DNA of 64,000 bases, taken from NCBI GenBank assembly GCA_963666515.2, contig OY762897.2:3104001-3168000 (forward strand). The letters run 5' to 3'. Numbering within the stretch: the stretch's first letter is position 1; the number at the start of each line of letters is the position of its first letter. The notes under the pieces are model-generated. The model was not told the DNA's origin. It saw nothing but the letters and a program-made list of their open reading frames with translations, and made no database searches. Source of the DNA: Candidatus Binatia bacterium. GTDB taxonomy: Bacteria; Desulfobacterota; Binatia; UBA9968; JAJDTQ01. Positions 55,200 through 64,000 of the stretch are shown in pieces. A program made the translations under genes and the position numbers.

Positions 55200-58100
55200 A
55201 TGAGCGATTTACCTCATTCTGATCACGGTGACGACGCTCGCCGCGCCGTTTCGCTCGGCCCAGGCCTCCCGGAGATTCCGGAACGTTTGCTTCTGGCACA
55301 TGCGCGGGGCGAAGTACTTTTCATCTGCGGTGCGGGTATCTCACGCCCTGCGGGGCTGCCTGACTTCCGAAAACTAGTGCTCGATGTCTATGAAACGCTT
55401 GATTCAAGCGTCTACGAGATCCTTCCGAAGATCCCTAACGGCGCACTTGACACAACAGAGCCGAGTTGGTCGAAGCTCATTAACAATCAAAAGGCAGAGG
55501 TCAAGCGGTTCATTGCCGGCGAGTACGACGTGGTCCTGGGAATGCTTGAACGCCGGCTGGACGACCAGACTCACGAAAAGAGCAAAAGCACGAGCAAGGT
55601 CAGAGGAACCGTAGCGGAACTTCTACGCCAAGCAAGTGACAAACCCGCGCAAATACATCGGGCGCTCATGCGACTGGCCGACCGCGGCGGCGCCACGACC
55701 ATCATGACCACTAACTTCGATCTCTTGCTCGAAGCCGCGGCCAAGCGCCTTCGTTCTCCATTGGAGACCTACGCTTTGGGATCGATCCCGAGACCCACGA
55801 CACGCACGGAGTTCGCGGGAGTGCTCCATGTTCACGGGGCCTTGGACCGGAATCCGGCTCGCTTCTCGGACCTAGTACTGTCGGATCAGGATCTCGGCGA
55901 ATACTACCTGCGGCGGCGCATTGTTCCAGACCTGATCTACGACGCCGCGCGTCTCTTCCATCTCGTCCTGGTTGGCTATAGCGCCAACGATCCGCCGATG
56001 CGTTACCTGCTGAACGCCGTCGCTGCAGACGGAGCCCGATTCAGCGATTTGAAGGAAAGGTTTACCTTCGTTGGCTCTTGCGACCCTGTGGAATTGGAAG
56101 ATTGGAAGGCGCGGGGGATCACCCCGATCCCCTACGAGGCTCCACATGGAGATCATGGCCTGTTGCGAGACGCGCTCGAGCGGTGGGCCGAACTCTCTGC
56201 CATCAACGGAAAAACAAGAACCGTCGATGTCGAGGTAAGGCGAATAGTACGCAAGAGCAGAGCCGTCGCCTCTGAGGCTGATCGGAATCTGTTCGATCAC
56301 CTATTCCGACGAGGGCACGCAAACGACCGCATTCGCTTGGCGGGCGTGGCGTCCGCTGCCAAGGCCGAGCCTGGATGGCTGGATTCCATCATTCAGACCC
56401 GGTCCGGAAAGTTATCTGAAACAGCTATCGTCACCGGTTCATGGGCAAGGCTGACCGAAGCCGACCGGCACCAAGTCCGAGTCATGACCGCGTTTCTGAA
56501 GAACCGGCTTACGGAACCGGCCGTGATCGATTGGGCACTCAACTCAGAATACAACGAGAACGTCAAACGAATCGCAATAGACGACCTACTGAACGGTCAC
56601 GGTAGTCCTACAGTGGTGGAACCCCATGCGACCGCATGGCGCTTGATCGAGGAAAGCGGGTGCAACCGTCCAGCCGAGGACCATCCGGCGATTACATTTG
56701 TAACGATCCGTGATCGACTCAGCAACGGCGACCGTTCAGGCGCCCTGATTTCAGCGATTGTGGATCTTTTTGCGCCGCGTCTGGAAGTGAAAGCGATTGA
56801 GGAAAGACCTTGTTGGCCTTTCAAGAGGCCGCGACACCCGAAGACCTTTGAAGATCTTTTGTCGGCAAATCTAACAAGTGTCCATCTGGGTCAACTGGAC
56901 GATTATGGCGACCTCCACATCGGCAAGGTTTCAGAAGTCCCGTTCCTGAAGGAATTAGCAGACGCGCTGGCATCGGCAGTCCAGCGCGGGCTCAACATCG
57001 TCAATCGGATATACAGGACCGACGAAAGCGGCGGGGTACCCTGGGAAAGTCCTCACCGTGTGGATTTCGTTCGTCTCCCTGAGATCAGCAAGGACGTTGG
57101 CGGAGCATTCGGTCATGATGGCGATGAGCCCGATCTCTTCAATGACGGCATCGCACCTTCGGTCAAGTTGCTTCACGAAGTTGTCCTTCGCATTGCCGAA
57201 CTCAATCTAGAGGCCGCCACGCCCTTCTTCCGAAGCTGGCGGTTTTCGGGGTCTGGCGTCCACCGGCGCCTATGGGCCGCGATTGCCCGGGATGCACAGT
57301 TCGCGACACCCGAAGATGTCGGTGATTTTCTGACAACATTGTCTGACCACGAGCTTTGGAATCTGGATGAGTTTCCCGAGGTCACGGAATTGAGGGCAAA
57401 ACGCGTTCAGGAACTCCGGCGGGACGTTCAGGAAACTATTGTCCAGCGTTTGTGCAAGGGTCGTCCTCGCAAACTCTACGATAGGGCAGCGCCGGCGGAG
57501 AAAGTCAAAGCCCACCGACGGTATTGTGCTGCACGTGAGGTCAAACGAGTGGAAGTTGCCGGGGGCACGCTTCCGTACCAAACCCGTCGATGGTTGCTGC
57601 GAGAATTGACGAAATTTCCAGAACTTACACACATGCCCCTTGATCACGACTTTCCCGATCCATCGCCACATCCGGTCCCCCGCCCGTCGCCCGATGAAGC
57701 ATATGACATGCTTGAGGGCGAGGCGCGATTGCTTGAGTTGGAACGCGTTCTCTTGCACGGCCAAACTCACTGGACCGAAGACACGGCCGGACGGGCCAAA
57801 GCCTGGCTACAAAAGTCTGAAAACGTTCCGCTGATTCTCTCCGATTTCGAGTCTCTCTCCGGGACAGCCGATCATTTTCCGCAGGTCTGGAGCAGTTTCC
57901 TTAGGTGGCACGAGCCGCCCCCACCAACGCCCACAGATGAGTGGCCACGCCGTTTACCAAACGAAACGGAACGAGTCTTGCACCTCTTGAGCGCGTTACC
58001 GGAAGCGCATCTTTCCGAAGCGATTTGGGGCGTCAGCCACTGGCTCTGGCATTGGCGCAGGTATGTCATGCTTTCCGAACGAGGGTTTCCCGTTTGGCTG

Positions 58101-59192
58101 CGTGCGTGGCCGATTGCGGTCGAAGCGACGAACGCAGCGGTGGAAAAAGCGGGCGATCATGCGCCCCCCCACCGCAGGGATACGGTACCGGTTGATGTCG
58201 ACGGACTGAATCTACCTTCGGGGAAACTCGTCGAGGTATTCCTCGCCTCTTGCCCATCCCCCAAGGAGAACCCGGTTCCGTATGCTGACGACAGCCTGAC
58301 AAAACAAATGCGCGATCTCGTTATTGCGCAGAGCGGCCACAGCGGTCTTATTGCACGCTGTCAGTTGGTCGGAAGACTCCCGGACTTTTTGCGAGCCGAC
58401 CCTGACTGGACGAAAGAACACCTGATCGAACCCCTGTTGAAGGATGATTCCAGCGCGATGTGGTCCAAGATTGCGCGATGCCGATATGCCAAGTATCTGC
58501 TTGAAACGATCAGCGATACGGTCTTGAAGCGGTGTACCGATCACCGCCTCGGCAGAGAGGCCCGGAAATTGCTGGTTTCCGACCTTGTCACTGAAGCGTT
58601 GGATGCGTTCCGAGAAGGGCGTGAACCAAGGGTGCCCAATCCCCATATCTTGCAAATGCTGCGGTCCGCTGACGACGAAACCCGCGAATTCGCCGCCCAA
58701 GCGGTACGGAGCTTCTATACAGAAGCTTCACCAGTCGCTGGACGCCCGCAATCCACTGACGTCCTGTTCCGGGAAGCCGTCGCGAAATTCCTCCGGGAGG
58801 TGTGGCCCAAGGACCGCTCCTTGAAGACACCCGAAGTGAGCCGAAAGTTGTCCGGCATCCCCGCAGCCTCTAGCGGGGCTTTTGTCGAGGCCGTAGACGT
58901 GATCAAGGATTTACTTATGCCCTTTGACGGTCGAAATATGGGTGACTATGGGCTTGATGGCGAAGTCGAAACTGAGGGCGAGGTCGTCTCAAGACTATCG
59001 TTGACTGTCAGCAACAAGCGAAAGGCCGCTGCACTCCTTGCGTTGCTGGATTCGACCATTGGAGCAAAGCAAGAAACGAGGGCGCCATTTGGCCTCAGCG
59101 ACGCTCTTGACCGGATCAAGACCTTGGCGCCCGACTTGGCTGATCGCCCGGCGTTCCGAAGACTATCTACGGCTGCTCGACGACAAGGGTAG
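55200..59192 (+). CDS. Defence-associated sirtuin, Dsr1-like (SIR2 NADase + long helical C-terminus)
   Basis: P.IPE.LL.AH..G.V.F.CGAGIS.PAGLP.F, TTNFD, HVHG, VGYS..DP.MRYL; 1330 aa; C-terminal VWPK motif. Confidence 0.82.
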   Translation: MSDLPHSDHGDDARRAVSLGPGLPEIPERLLLAHARGEVLFICGAGISRPAGLPDFRKLVLDVYETLDSSVYEILPKIPNGALDTTEPSWSKLINNQKAEVKRFIAGEYDVVLGMLERRLDDQTHEKSKSTSKVRGTVAELLRQASDKPAQIHRALMRLADRGGATTIMTTNFDLLLEAAAKRLRSPLETYALGSIPRPTTRTEFAGVLHVHGALDRNPARFSDLVLSDQDLGEYYLRRRIVPDLIYDAARLFHLVLVGYSANDPPMRYLLNAVAADGARFSDLKERFTFVGSCDPVELEDWKARGITPIPYEAPHGDHGLLRDALERWAELSAINGKTRTVDVEVRRIVRKSRAVASEADRNLFDHLFRRGHANDRIRLAGVASAAKAEPGWLDSIIQTRSGKLSETAIVTGSWARLTEADRHQVRVMTAFLKNRLTEPAVIDWALNSEYNENVKRIAIDDLLNGHGSPTVVEPHATAWRLIEESGCNRPAEDHPAITFVTIRDRLSNGDRSGALISAIVDLFAPRLEVKAIEERPCWPFKRPRHPKTFEDLLSANLTSVHLGQLDDYGDLHIGKVSEVPFLKELADALASAVQRGLNIVNRIYRTDESGGVPWESPHRVDFVRLPEISKDVGGAFGHDGDEPDLFNDGIAPSVKLLHEVVLRIAELNLEAATPFFRSWRFSGSGVHRRLWAAIARDAQFATPEDVGDFLTTLSDHELWNLDEFPEVTELRAKRVQELRRDVQETIVQRLCKGRPRKLYDRAAPAEKVKAHRRYCAAREVKRVEVAGGTLPYQTRRWLLRELTKFPELTHMPLDHDFPDPSPHPVPRPSPDEAYDMLEGEARLLELERVLLHGQTHWTEDTAGRAKAWLQKSENVPLILSDFESLSGTADHFPQVWSSFLRWHEPPPPTPTDEWPRRLPNETERVLHLLSALPEAHLSEAIWGVSHWLWHWRRYVMLSERGFPVWLRAWPIAVEATNAAVEKAGDHAPPHRRDTVPVDVDGLNLPSGKLVEVFLASCPSPKENPVPYADDSLTKQMRDLVIAQSGHSGLIARCQLVGRLPDFLRADPDWTKEHLIEPLLKDDSSAMWSKIARCRYAKYLLETISDTVLKRCTDHRLGREARKLLVSDLVTEALDAFREGREPRVPNPHILQMLRSADDETREFAAQAVRSFYTEASPVAGRPQSTDVLFREAVAKFLREVWPKDRSLKTPEVSRKLSGIPAASSGAFVEAVDVIKDLLMPFDGRNMGDYGLDGEVETEGEVVSRLSLTVSNKRKAAALLALLDSTIGAKQETRAPFGLSDALDRIKTLAPDLADRPAFRRLSTAARRQG

Positions 59193-59219
59193 TCATGACG
59201 GCGGCGAGGGAAAGACGAC

Positions 59220-59477
59220 ATGCCGGTTATCAGTAGATTCCTTGGGATTGTCATCGCCATGTACTGGGATGATCATCTTCCCGCACATTTCCATGCGAAA
59301 TACGGGGAGTATGAGGTAGTTGTCTACATCGCTACGGGTGTTGTAGAGGGTCGCTTTCCCCCACGGGCCCTCCGACACGTAACGGAGTGGTTCGAGCTAC
59401 ACAAAGACGACCTCTTGGATAACTGGGAAAGGTGTCGTAGAAAAGAAGCTCCCAATCCCATCGATCCGCTGGAGTAA
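59220..59477 (+). CDS. DUF4160 family protein
   Basis: MP.ISRF.GI.I.MY..DH..AHFHA.YG, W...H..DL..NW, I.PL. Confidence 0.9.
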   Translation: MPVISRFLGIVIAMYWDDHLPAHFHAKYGEYEVVVYIATGVVEGRFPPRALRHVTEWFELHKDDLLDNWERCRRKEAPNPIDPLE

Positions 59478-59481
59478 CTCG

Positions 59482-59769
59482 ATGTTTCTTCACATTACAA
59501 AGGCGACGCCGCTGGACGGTTTTCGTGTAAAGGTGTGCTTCGATGACGGCCGCGACGGCGTGGCAGATCTTTCGGAAGCGCTGAATGGACCGGTGTTCGA
59601 GTTGTTGAAGGATCCAAAGATGTTCAGAAAATTTCGAGTGGACGAAGAACTTCAGACCATCGTGTGGCCCAATGGGGCAGATTTGGCACCGGAGTACATC
59701 TACTACCAAGCCTTTCGAGACGACCCGACGCTTCACTCCACCTTTCGCAAATGGGGATACATCACCTGA
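59482..59769 (+). CDS. DUF2442 family protein
   Basis: FDDG....DL...L.GPVF..L.D...F, TI.WPNGADLAPE. Confidence 0.9.
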   Translation: MFLHITKATPLDGFRVKVCFDDGRDGVADLSEALNGPVFELLKDPKMFRKFRVDEELQTIVWPNGADLAPEYIYYQAFRDDPTLHSTFRKWGYIT

Positions 59770-59839
59770 CCCGTCCCCGCTGTTACCGCCGGTGACCGGC
59801 ACCCGAATCCTTGGGAGGGTGGAATCGCAGGCAGCGCCG

Positions 59840-61045
59840 TCACTTGAGGAACCACGGCAGCACCCGGAACCCCTTGAAGTCGAAGCTCTCTTCTCCGCCG
59901 TGGACCAGGACGCCTCCCCGGTTCGGATTGGAGGGGATCGAGGTCCACCAAGCGAGGGTGTCGACGGCGTCGGCCGCAATCGTCCGGCCCGACTTGACCT
60001 CCATCGGGACGAGCCGTCCGCCGGCGTCGATCAGGATGTCGATCTCGTGCCCTGTGGCGTCTCTCCAGAAGTAGAGGGGTGGGTCGCGGCGCATGGCGGC
60101 GAAGCTCTTGACCAGTTCCGAGACCACGAACGATTCGAACACGGCTCCGCGTAGCGGGTGGCGCTCCAGCGTAGCGGCGTCGCGGATGTCGAGCAGGTAG
60201 CAGACGAGCCCGGTGTCGAGGAAGTGAAGCCGCGGGCGCTTGCGCAGGCGCTTGCTGTAGTTCGCGTGATTAGGCGGCAACGTGATGGCCAGATATCCGA
60301 TCTCCAGGGCCGTAAGCCAGCGTCTGGCCGTCTGCTGCGTGATGCCGACGTCACCGGCCAGAGAAACGAGATTGAGTTCTTGTGCCGTGTGGGCGGCAGC
60401 CAGCCGGACGAAGCGCTCGAAGCTCCTCGCGTCCGAGATCTGCATGACCTCTCGGACATCTCGTTCCACGTAAGCGCGAAAATAGTCGGCCAGCCACTCG
60501 CTCGCGGGAATGCCGCGGTCGTGAATGCGCGGATAGAAGCCTTGGACGAGCGTGTCCCAGAGACCCTTGCCGGGTGGACCGCCCGCGGCTCCGGTAGGAG
60601 CGACGCCGACGCGGTCGAGATTCAGCGGGTCAACCGGGTCGTTCTCCGACAACTCGGCAAGCGATAGCGGGTACAAACGGAGAAACGCCGTGCGCCCCGC
60701 CAGTGTCTGGGACACCGATTCCATCAGCAGCAGGTTCTGGGACCCGGTGAGGATGAAACGACCGGGCCGGGGGTCGGCGTCTACGAGCCCCTGAATGTAG
60801 GACAGCAACTCGGGCGCGCGCTGGATCTCGTCAAGGATCAGACGGTCGCTCTGGGCCAGGAAGCTGCGCGGGTCTTCAATGGCCCTGGCGCGAACGTCCG
60901 GCGCTTCGAGCGACACGTAGCGATGGTCGGCAAAGAGCGCCTGAACCAGCGTCGTCTTCCCGGACTGCCGGGGACCCGTAAGCGTCACGACGGGATAAGA
61001 CGCGGCAGCGGCCTTCAGCGCCTCGGTCAAATGGCGGTGCAACAT
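59840..61045 (-). CDS. AAA_14 ATPase + DUF4143 protein
   Basis: GPRQSGKTT, DEIQ, LTGSQ, Y.ERDV, D.GL, FWRD..G.EID, EVKS. Confidence 0.92.
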   Translation of the reverse strand: MLHRHLTEALKAAAASYPVVTLTGPRQSGKTTLVQALFADHRYVSLEAPDVRARAIEDPRSFLAQSDRLILDEIQRAPELLSYIQGLVDADPRPGRFILTGSQNLLLMESVSQTLAGRTAFLRLYPLSLAELSENDPVDPLNLDRVGVAPTGAAGGPPGKGLWDTLVQGFYPRIHDRGIPASEWLADYFRAYVERDVREVMQISDARSFERFVRLAAAHTAQELNLVSLAGDVGITQQTARRWLTALEIGYLAITLPPNHANYSKRLRKRPRLHFLDTGLVCYLLDIRDAATLERHPLRGAVFESFVVSELVKSFAAMRRDPPLYFWRDATGHEIDILIDAGGRLVPMEVKSGRTIAADAVDTLAWWTSIPSNPNRGGVLVHGGEESFDFKGFRVLPWFLK

Positions 61046-61052
61046 TCCATCA

Positions 61053-61112
61053 ATTTTGCCAAGGCCGTCCAATCGTGTCAATTCGATGATCGGATCATCA
61101 AACTGACACGAT
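61053..61112 (-). promoter_or_regulatory. Leaderless sigma70 promoter overlapped by a 41-bp inverted repeat
   Basis: TTGACA-17nt-CAAAAT, 7 nt before ATG; 20-bp arms at 61072-61091 and 61093-61112 with 2 mismatches. Confidence 0.7.
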
Positions 61113-61177
61113 ATCCGGGGCCGGCATGAAGGACCTGCACGGCACACCGTGAGCGGTCTTTCGCTTGGCGGCAGGAC

Positions 61178-62329
61178 TCAGGAGCCGTTGGCCAGAATCT
61201 CGTGGAGATTTCTCAACGCGTGTTCGATGGGCAGGACGGTGACTTCATCCATGTAGAGAGGGCTCGGTCCGCCGAAGAAGACGAAACACCTGGCTGGAGG
61301 GTAGTCTTTCTTGAATTCCCGGAGCGCCCTGGTGTCCTTGCGCTGGATTTGAGTCGAGCGCTTGATCTCGATGGCCAGCAGGCCGCGCGGCCCGTAGAGG
61401 ACGAAATCGACTTCCAGCTCGCTTCGGGTACGCCAAAAGGAAATCTGGTAGCCGTAGTCGTGGTAGTCGTTCACGGCCCGCAACTCCTGAAGCACCAGTG
61501 TCTCCAGAGCGGGTCCGTCCAGGTCGGCGTCGGAGTCCAGCGGGCCTGTCGGCCGGATGGCCCGGAACACACCCGCATCGAAGAAATAGAACTTCTTCTG
61601 GGAGATGAGCTTCCGTTTGGCCTTGCGGGAGAAAACCGGCAGGCGCACGGCGATCAGGAGGTCTTCAAGGATGGAGAAATAGTTCTCCGCAACGGACCGC
61701 TCGATGTGCGCCTCGCGGGCAACCGCGCTGATATTGACGGTGGCTCCCTGGGAAAAGCTCGCCACCTCCAGAAAATGCGAGAAATGGCCGATGTTGCGCG
61801 TCAGGCTCTCCTGCATGACCTCTTCTCGCAGGTATGTCTGCACGTAGTCCTTGAGGTACTTCGCCGGATCGGTTTCGCTGAATCGGGCGGGCAGATGGCC
61901 CAGTTGCATGGAGTCGCGCAGGTTGAAGGCATCCCGCTGTTCCACGACCGTCAGCGGGTGCATGCGATAGGTCAAGGCGCGGCCGGCCAGCAAATTCACG
62001 CCTTTCCGCCTCAATGTCCTGGCGCTGGACCCGGTAAGGACGAAGTATAGTCCGCGGGCTTCGATCAGATCATGGACTTCGTTGAGCAACGCGGGTATGC
62101 GCTGCACCTCATCAATGACCGTCCAGCCGGCGTGGTCCGGGGGAATGAGCTGCCTGAGGTGCCCGGGGTTGGCGGACAAGCGATTGTAGTACTCGGACTG
62201 AAGCAGGTTGACGAAAAGCGCGTCGGGAAGCCGATACTTCAACCACGTGGTCTTGCCCGTGCCCCTCGGGCCAAAGAGGAAAAAACTCTTGCGGGATTCC
62301 AGGGGTCTCTTGATAAGTCGCTCGAACAC
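61178..62329 (-). CDS. AAA_14 ATPase + DUF4143 protein (second paralogue)
   Basis: GPRGTGKTT, DEVQ, LTGSSAR, YLREEV, FDAGV, FWRT....EVDF, EIK. Confidence 0.92.
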   Translation of the reverse strand: MFERLIKRPLESRKSFFLFGPRGTGKTTWLKYRLPDALFVNLLQSEYYNRLSANPGHLRQLIPPDHAGWTVIDEVQRIPALLNEVHDLIEARGLYFVLTGSSARTLRRKGVNLLAGRALTYRMHPLTVVEQRDAFNLRDSMQLGHLPARFSETDPAKYLKDYVQTYLREEVMQESLTRNIGHFSHFLEVASFSQGATVNISAVAREAHIERSVAENYFSILEDLLIAVRLPVFSRKAKRKLISQKKFYFFDAGVFRAIRPTGPLDSDADLDGPALETLVLQELRAVNDYHDYGYQISFWRTRSELEVDFVLYGPRGLLAIEIKRSTQIQRKDTRALREFKKDYPPARCFVFFGGPSPLYMDEVTVLPIEHALRNLHEILANGS

Positions 62330-62392
62330 CGGCCATCCGATTCCGAAGTGTTTGAGCCATTGTAGATCAAAATGATGTAAAATGCAGTCGAA

Positions 62393-62421
62393 AACTGAAA
62401 AAATGCAGGCATTTTTCAGTT
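62393..62421. repeat. AT-rich inverted repeat upstream of the second DUF4143 gene
   Basis: AACTGAAAAAATGC-AG-GCATTTTTCAGTT (one bulge); TACAAT -10-like box nearby on the minus strand. Confidence 0.6.
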
Positions 62422-62444
62422 ACCAGCCGCAAAATGAGACCATT

Positions 62445-63173
62445 TCAAGGGTTGTTGGAGGCACCTAACGCCTTGTCCGCGGCCCGCCGTACGCCAGCCT
62501 TGGCGCCGGACGGGAGGTAGGTGCCGTGGGCGGCGATGAGGGCGTCGAAATCGAGTTCGAGGAGACGGTCGAACTCGCGGCGCAGGGAGCCCTTATCGGG
62601 CGCCATCATCTTGAGCCAGAACGGGCCCAGGACGGTGGTCTTGGGAAAGCCGATGAACGGCATGGCCAAGCGAGCCATGAGGTTGTTGTGGGAGTAGTCG
62701 CCGTAGTGCTGGACGGCGTCGCAGGTCACCAGGATGCCAGGAGGACCGTGGATGAGCAGGGCTGCTTCCGGTTGCGCGATGCCGTTGAAGCAGAAGAGGT
62801 CCACGTCCGGGAAGGGCAACTCGGTGTCCGCCTCCAACGCCCGATCCGGAGGCGGCTCGGGATAGGCCGTTCCGCCGGGCTGGCGCCACAGCTCGGCGCC
62901 GAAGCGGTGCTTGTACCACGAGTCGTCGATGCCGTGAAACGCTCCGAGGCGGAAGATGCACTTCACCGTGCCGAGGTCCCCGAGCGCCTTCTCGCCCTCA
63001 GCGTTGAGGCGTATGGGGTTCACCAGGGTCAACTCATCGCCGTGCCGGATGATCAGCATGTTCCGGCTGATGCGCAGTACGGGATTCATGCGCATGGCGC
63101 CGCGGACGACGTACAGACGGTCCGTCAGAGCCTGTATCGGGTCATGCGGTTGGGCTGGGGCAAAGGTGTTCAC
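62445..63173 (-). CDS. Hypothetical protein, degenerate metallo-beta-lactamase-like fold
   Basis: M.IIR....L.L.NP, FHG.DD, TCDA, LI.AHG pattern. Confidence 0.6.
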   Translation of the reverse strand: MNTFAPAQPHDPIQALTDRLYVVRGAMRMNPVLRISRNMLIIRHGDELTLVNPIRLNAEGEKALGDLGTVKCIFRLGAFHGIDDSWYKHRFGAELWRQPGGTAYPEPPPDRALEADTELPFPDVDLFCFNGIAQPEAALLIHGPPGILVTCDAVQHYGDYSHNNLMARLAMPFIGFPKTTVLGPFWLKMMAPDKGSLRREFDRLLELDFDALIAAHGTYLPSGAKAGVRRAADKALGASNNP

Positions 63174-63177
63174 GGGG

Positions 63178-64000
63178 CTACTCCCCGGCCACGGTCATGC
63201 GGGCGATCTTGATCGTGGGGGCGGCCACGGGGCTTTGCGGGCGGAGGTCGTTGCCGAGCATTTCGACCTGGTTCAGCATGTCGTTGAGGTTTCCGGCGAT
63301 GGTCAGCTCGGACACGGGATACGCCAGCTCGCCGTTCTCGATCCAGATACCGGCGGCGCCCCTGGAGTAGTTGCCTGTGACGGCGTTGAAGCCGAAGCCC
63401 ATCAGCTCGGTGACGTAGAAGCCGTCGTCCACCGAGCCGATGATGTCCTCGGGGCCGTGATCGCCGGAGACCAGGTAGAGGTTCATGGGGGCCACCCCGG
63501 AGGGCTGGCCCACGCCCCGGGCGGCATTGCCGGTGGACTTGCCGCCGAGCTTCCGGGCGCTGTAGGCGTCCAGCAGGTAGCTTCTCAGGACGCCCGCCTC
63601 CACCACGTCCTTGCGCCGCACGCCGATGCCCTCGCCGTCGAACGGCCGCGACCCCAGGGCGCGCGGGATCGTGCCGTCATCGACGATGCGGACGAGGCCG
63701 GAAGCCACGGACTCACTGAGCCGGTCGCACAGGAAAGACGCGCGCTGGTAGAGGGCGTAGCCGGAAACCGCCTGGCCCACGTGCCGCACCAGGGTTCCCG
63801 CTACGGCCGCGTCGAACACCACCGGCACCTCGCGGGTGCGCACCTTGCGGGCGCCCAGCCGCCGGACCACGCGGCGCCCGGCCTCCCGGCCCACCGCTTT
63901 GGGGGAATCCAGCGCGTCCAGCCGGCGCGCCGCGGAGAACCAGTGGTCGCGCTCCATGGAGCCGTTGGAGGCGGCCACGGGCGCCACCGAGAGGCGGAAA
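63178..64000 (-). CDS. pmbA: PmbA/TldE family protein, C-terminal part (start beyond window end)
   Basis: PVVF, SFL, DD......SRPFDGEG, STGNA.R, TG.YSRGA.G..IENG...YPV.E.TIAGN, T.AG. Confidence 0.88.
   Translation of the reverse strand, partial: FRLSVAPVAASNGSMERDHWFSAARRLDALDSPKAVGREAGRRVVRRLGARKVRTREVPVVFDAAVAGTLVRHVGQAVSGYALYQRASFLCDRLSESVASGLVRIVDDGTIPRALGSRPFDGEGIGVRRKDVVEAGVLRSYLLDAYSARKLGGKSTGNAARGVGQPSGVAPMNLYLVSGDHGPEDIIGSVDDGFYVTELMGFGFNAVTGNYSRGAAGIWIENGELAYPVSELTIAGNLNDMLNQVEMLGNDLRPQSPVAAPTIKIARMTVAGE

Noticed and set aside
1-64000. CRISPR array, rRNA or tRNA genes
   Set aside because: No regularly spaced repeats or RNA gene signatures were found by eye; a covariance-model scan would be needed to exclude small RNAs.

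Overview
High-GC bacterial chromosome segment. Gene order suggests a diderm, deltaproteobacteria-like organism (inference only). The core backbone has a partial xerC-like gene, moaA, a 2-oxoacid:ferredoxin oxidoreductase alpha/beta pair, hemW, and a long minus-strand run kdsB-pyrG-kdsA-kdsD-kdsC-lptCAB-rpoN-ptsN-rapZ-HPr-metK-ahcY. It also has a coxMSL-like molybdenum hydroxylase, a peptide ABC transporter and a partial pmbA/tldE gene. Four accessory or defence patches interrupt it. (i) A ParE-type toxin-antitoxin (TA) pair at about 5.6-6.1 kb. (ii) 14.7-23.3 kb: BrnT/BrnA, a decayed HigBA, a DUF5131 (Gp37/Gp68) + TcmP pair with tcmP cleanly split by a complete IS1634 element, and a type ISP/IIG-like restriction-modification (RM) enzyme. 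(iii) 42.0-44.5 kb: an MqsR-like toxin, an MqsA-like antitoxin with a C-terminal tail and a KGGVGR ParA-like ATPase. (iv) 53.4-62.3 kb: a truncated ABC-type ATPase, MazF TA, a Dsr1-like sirtuin, DUF4160/DUF2442 and two AAA14-DUF4143 genes. Best hidden feature: two short ORFs at 52146-52631 join through one in-frame TGA at the catalytic Cys position into an OsmC-like selenoprotein candidate, with a SECIS-like hairpin and a coupled thioredoxin-TPR gene. No rRNA, tRNA or CRISPR array was seen. All family calls come from motif recognition by eye; no database searches were run.
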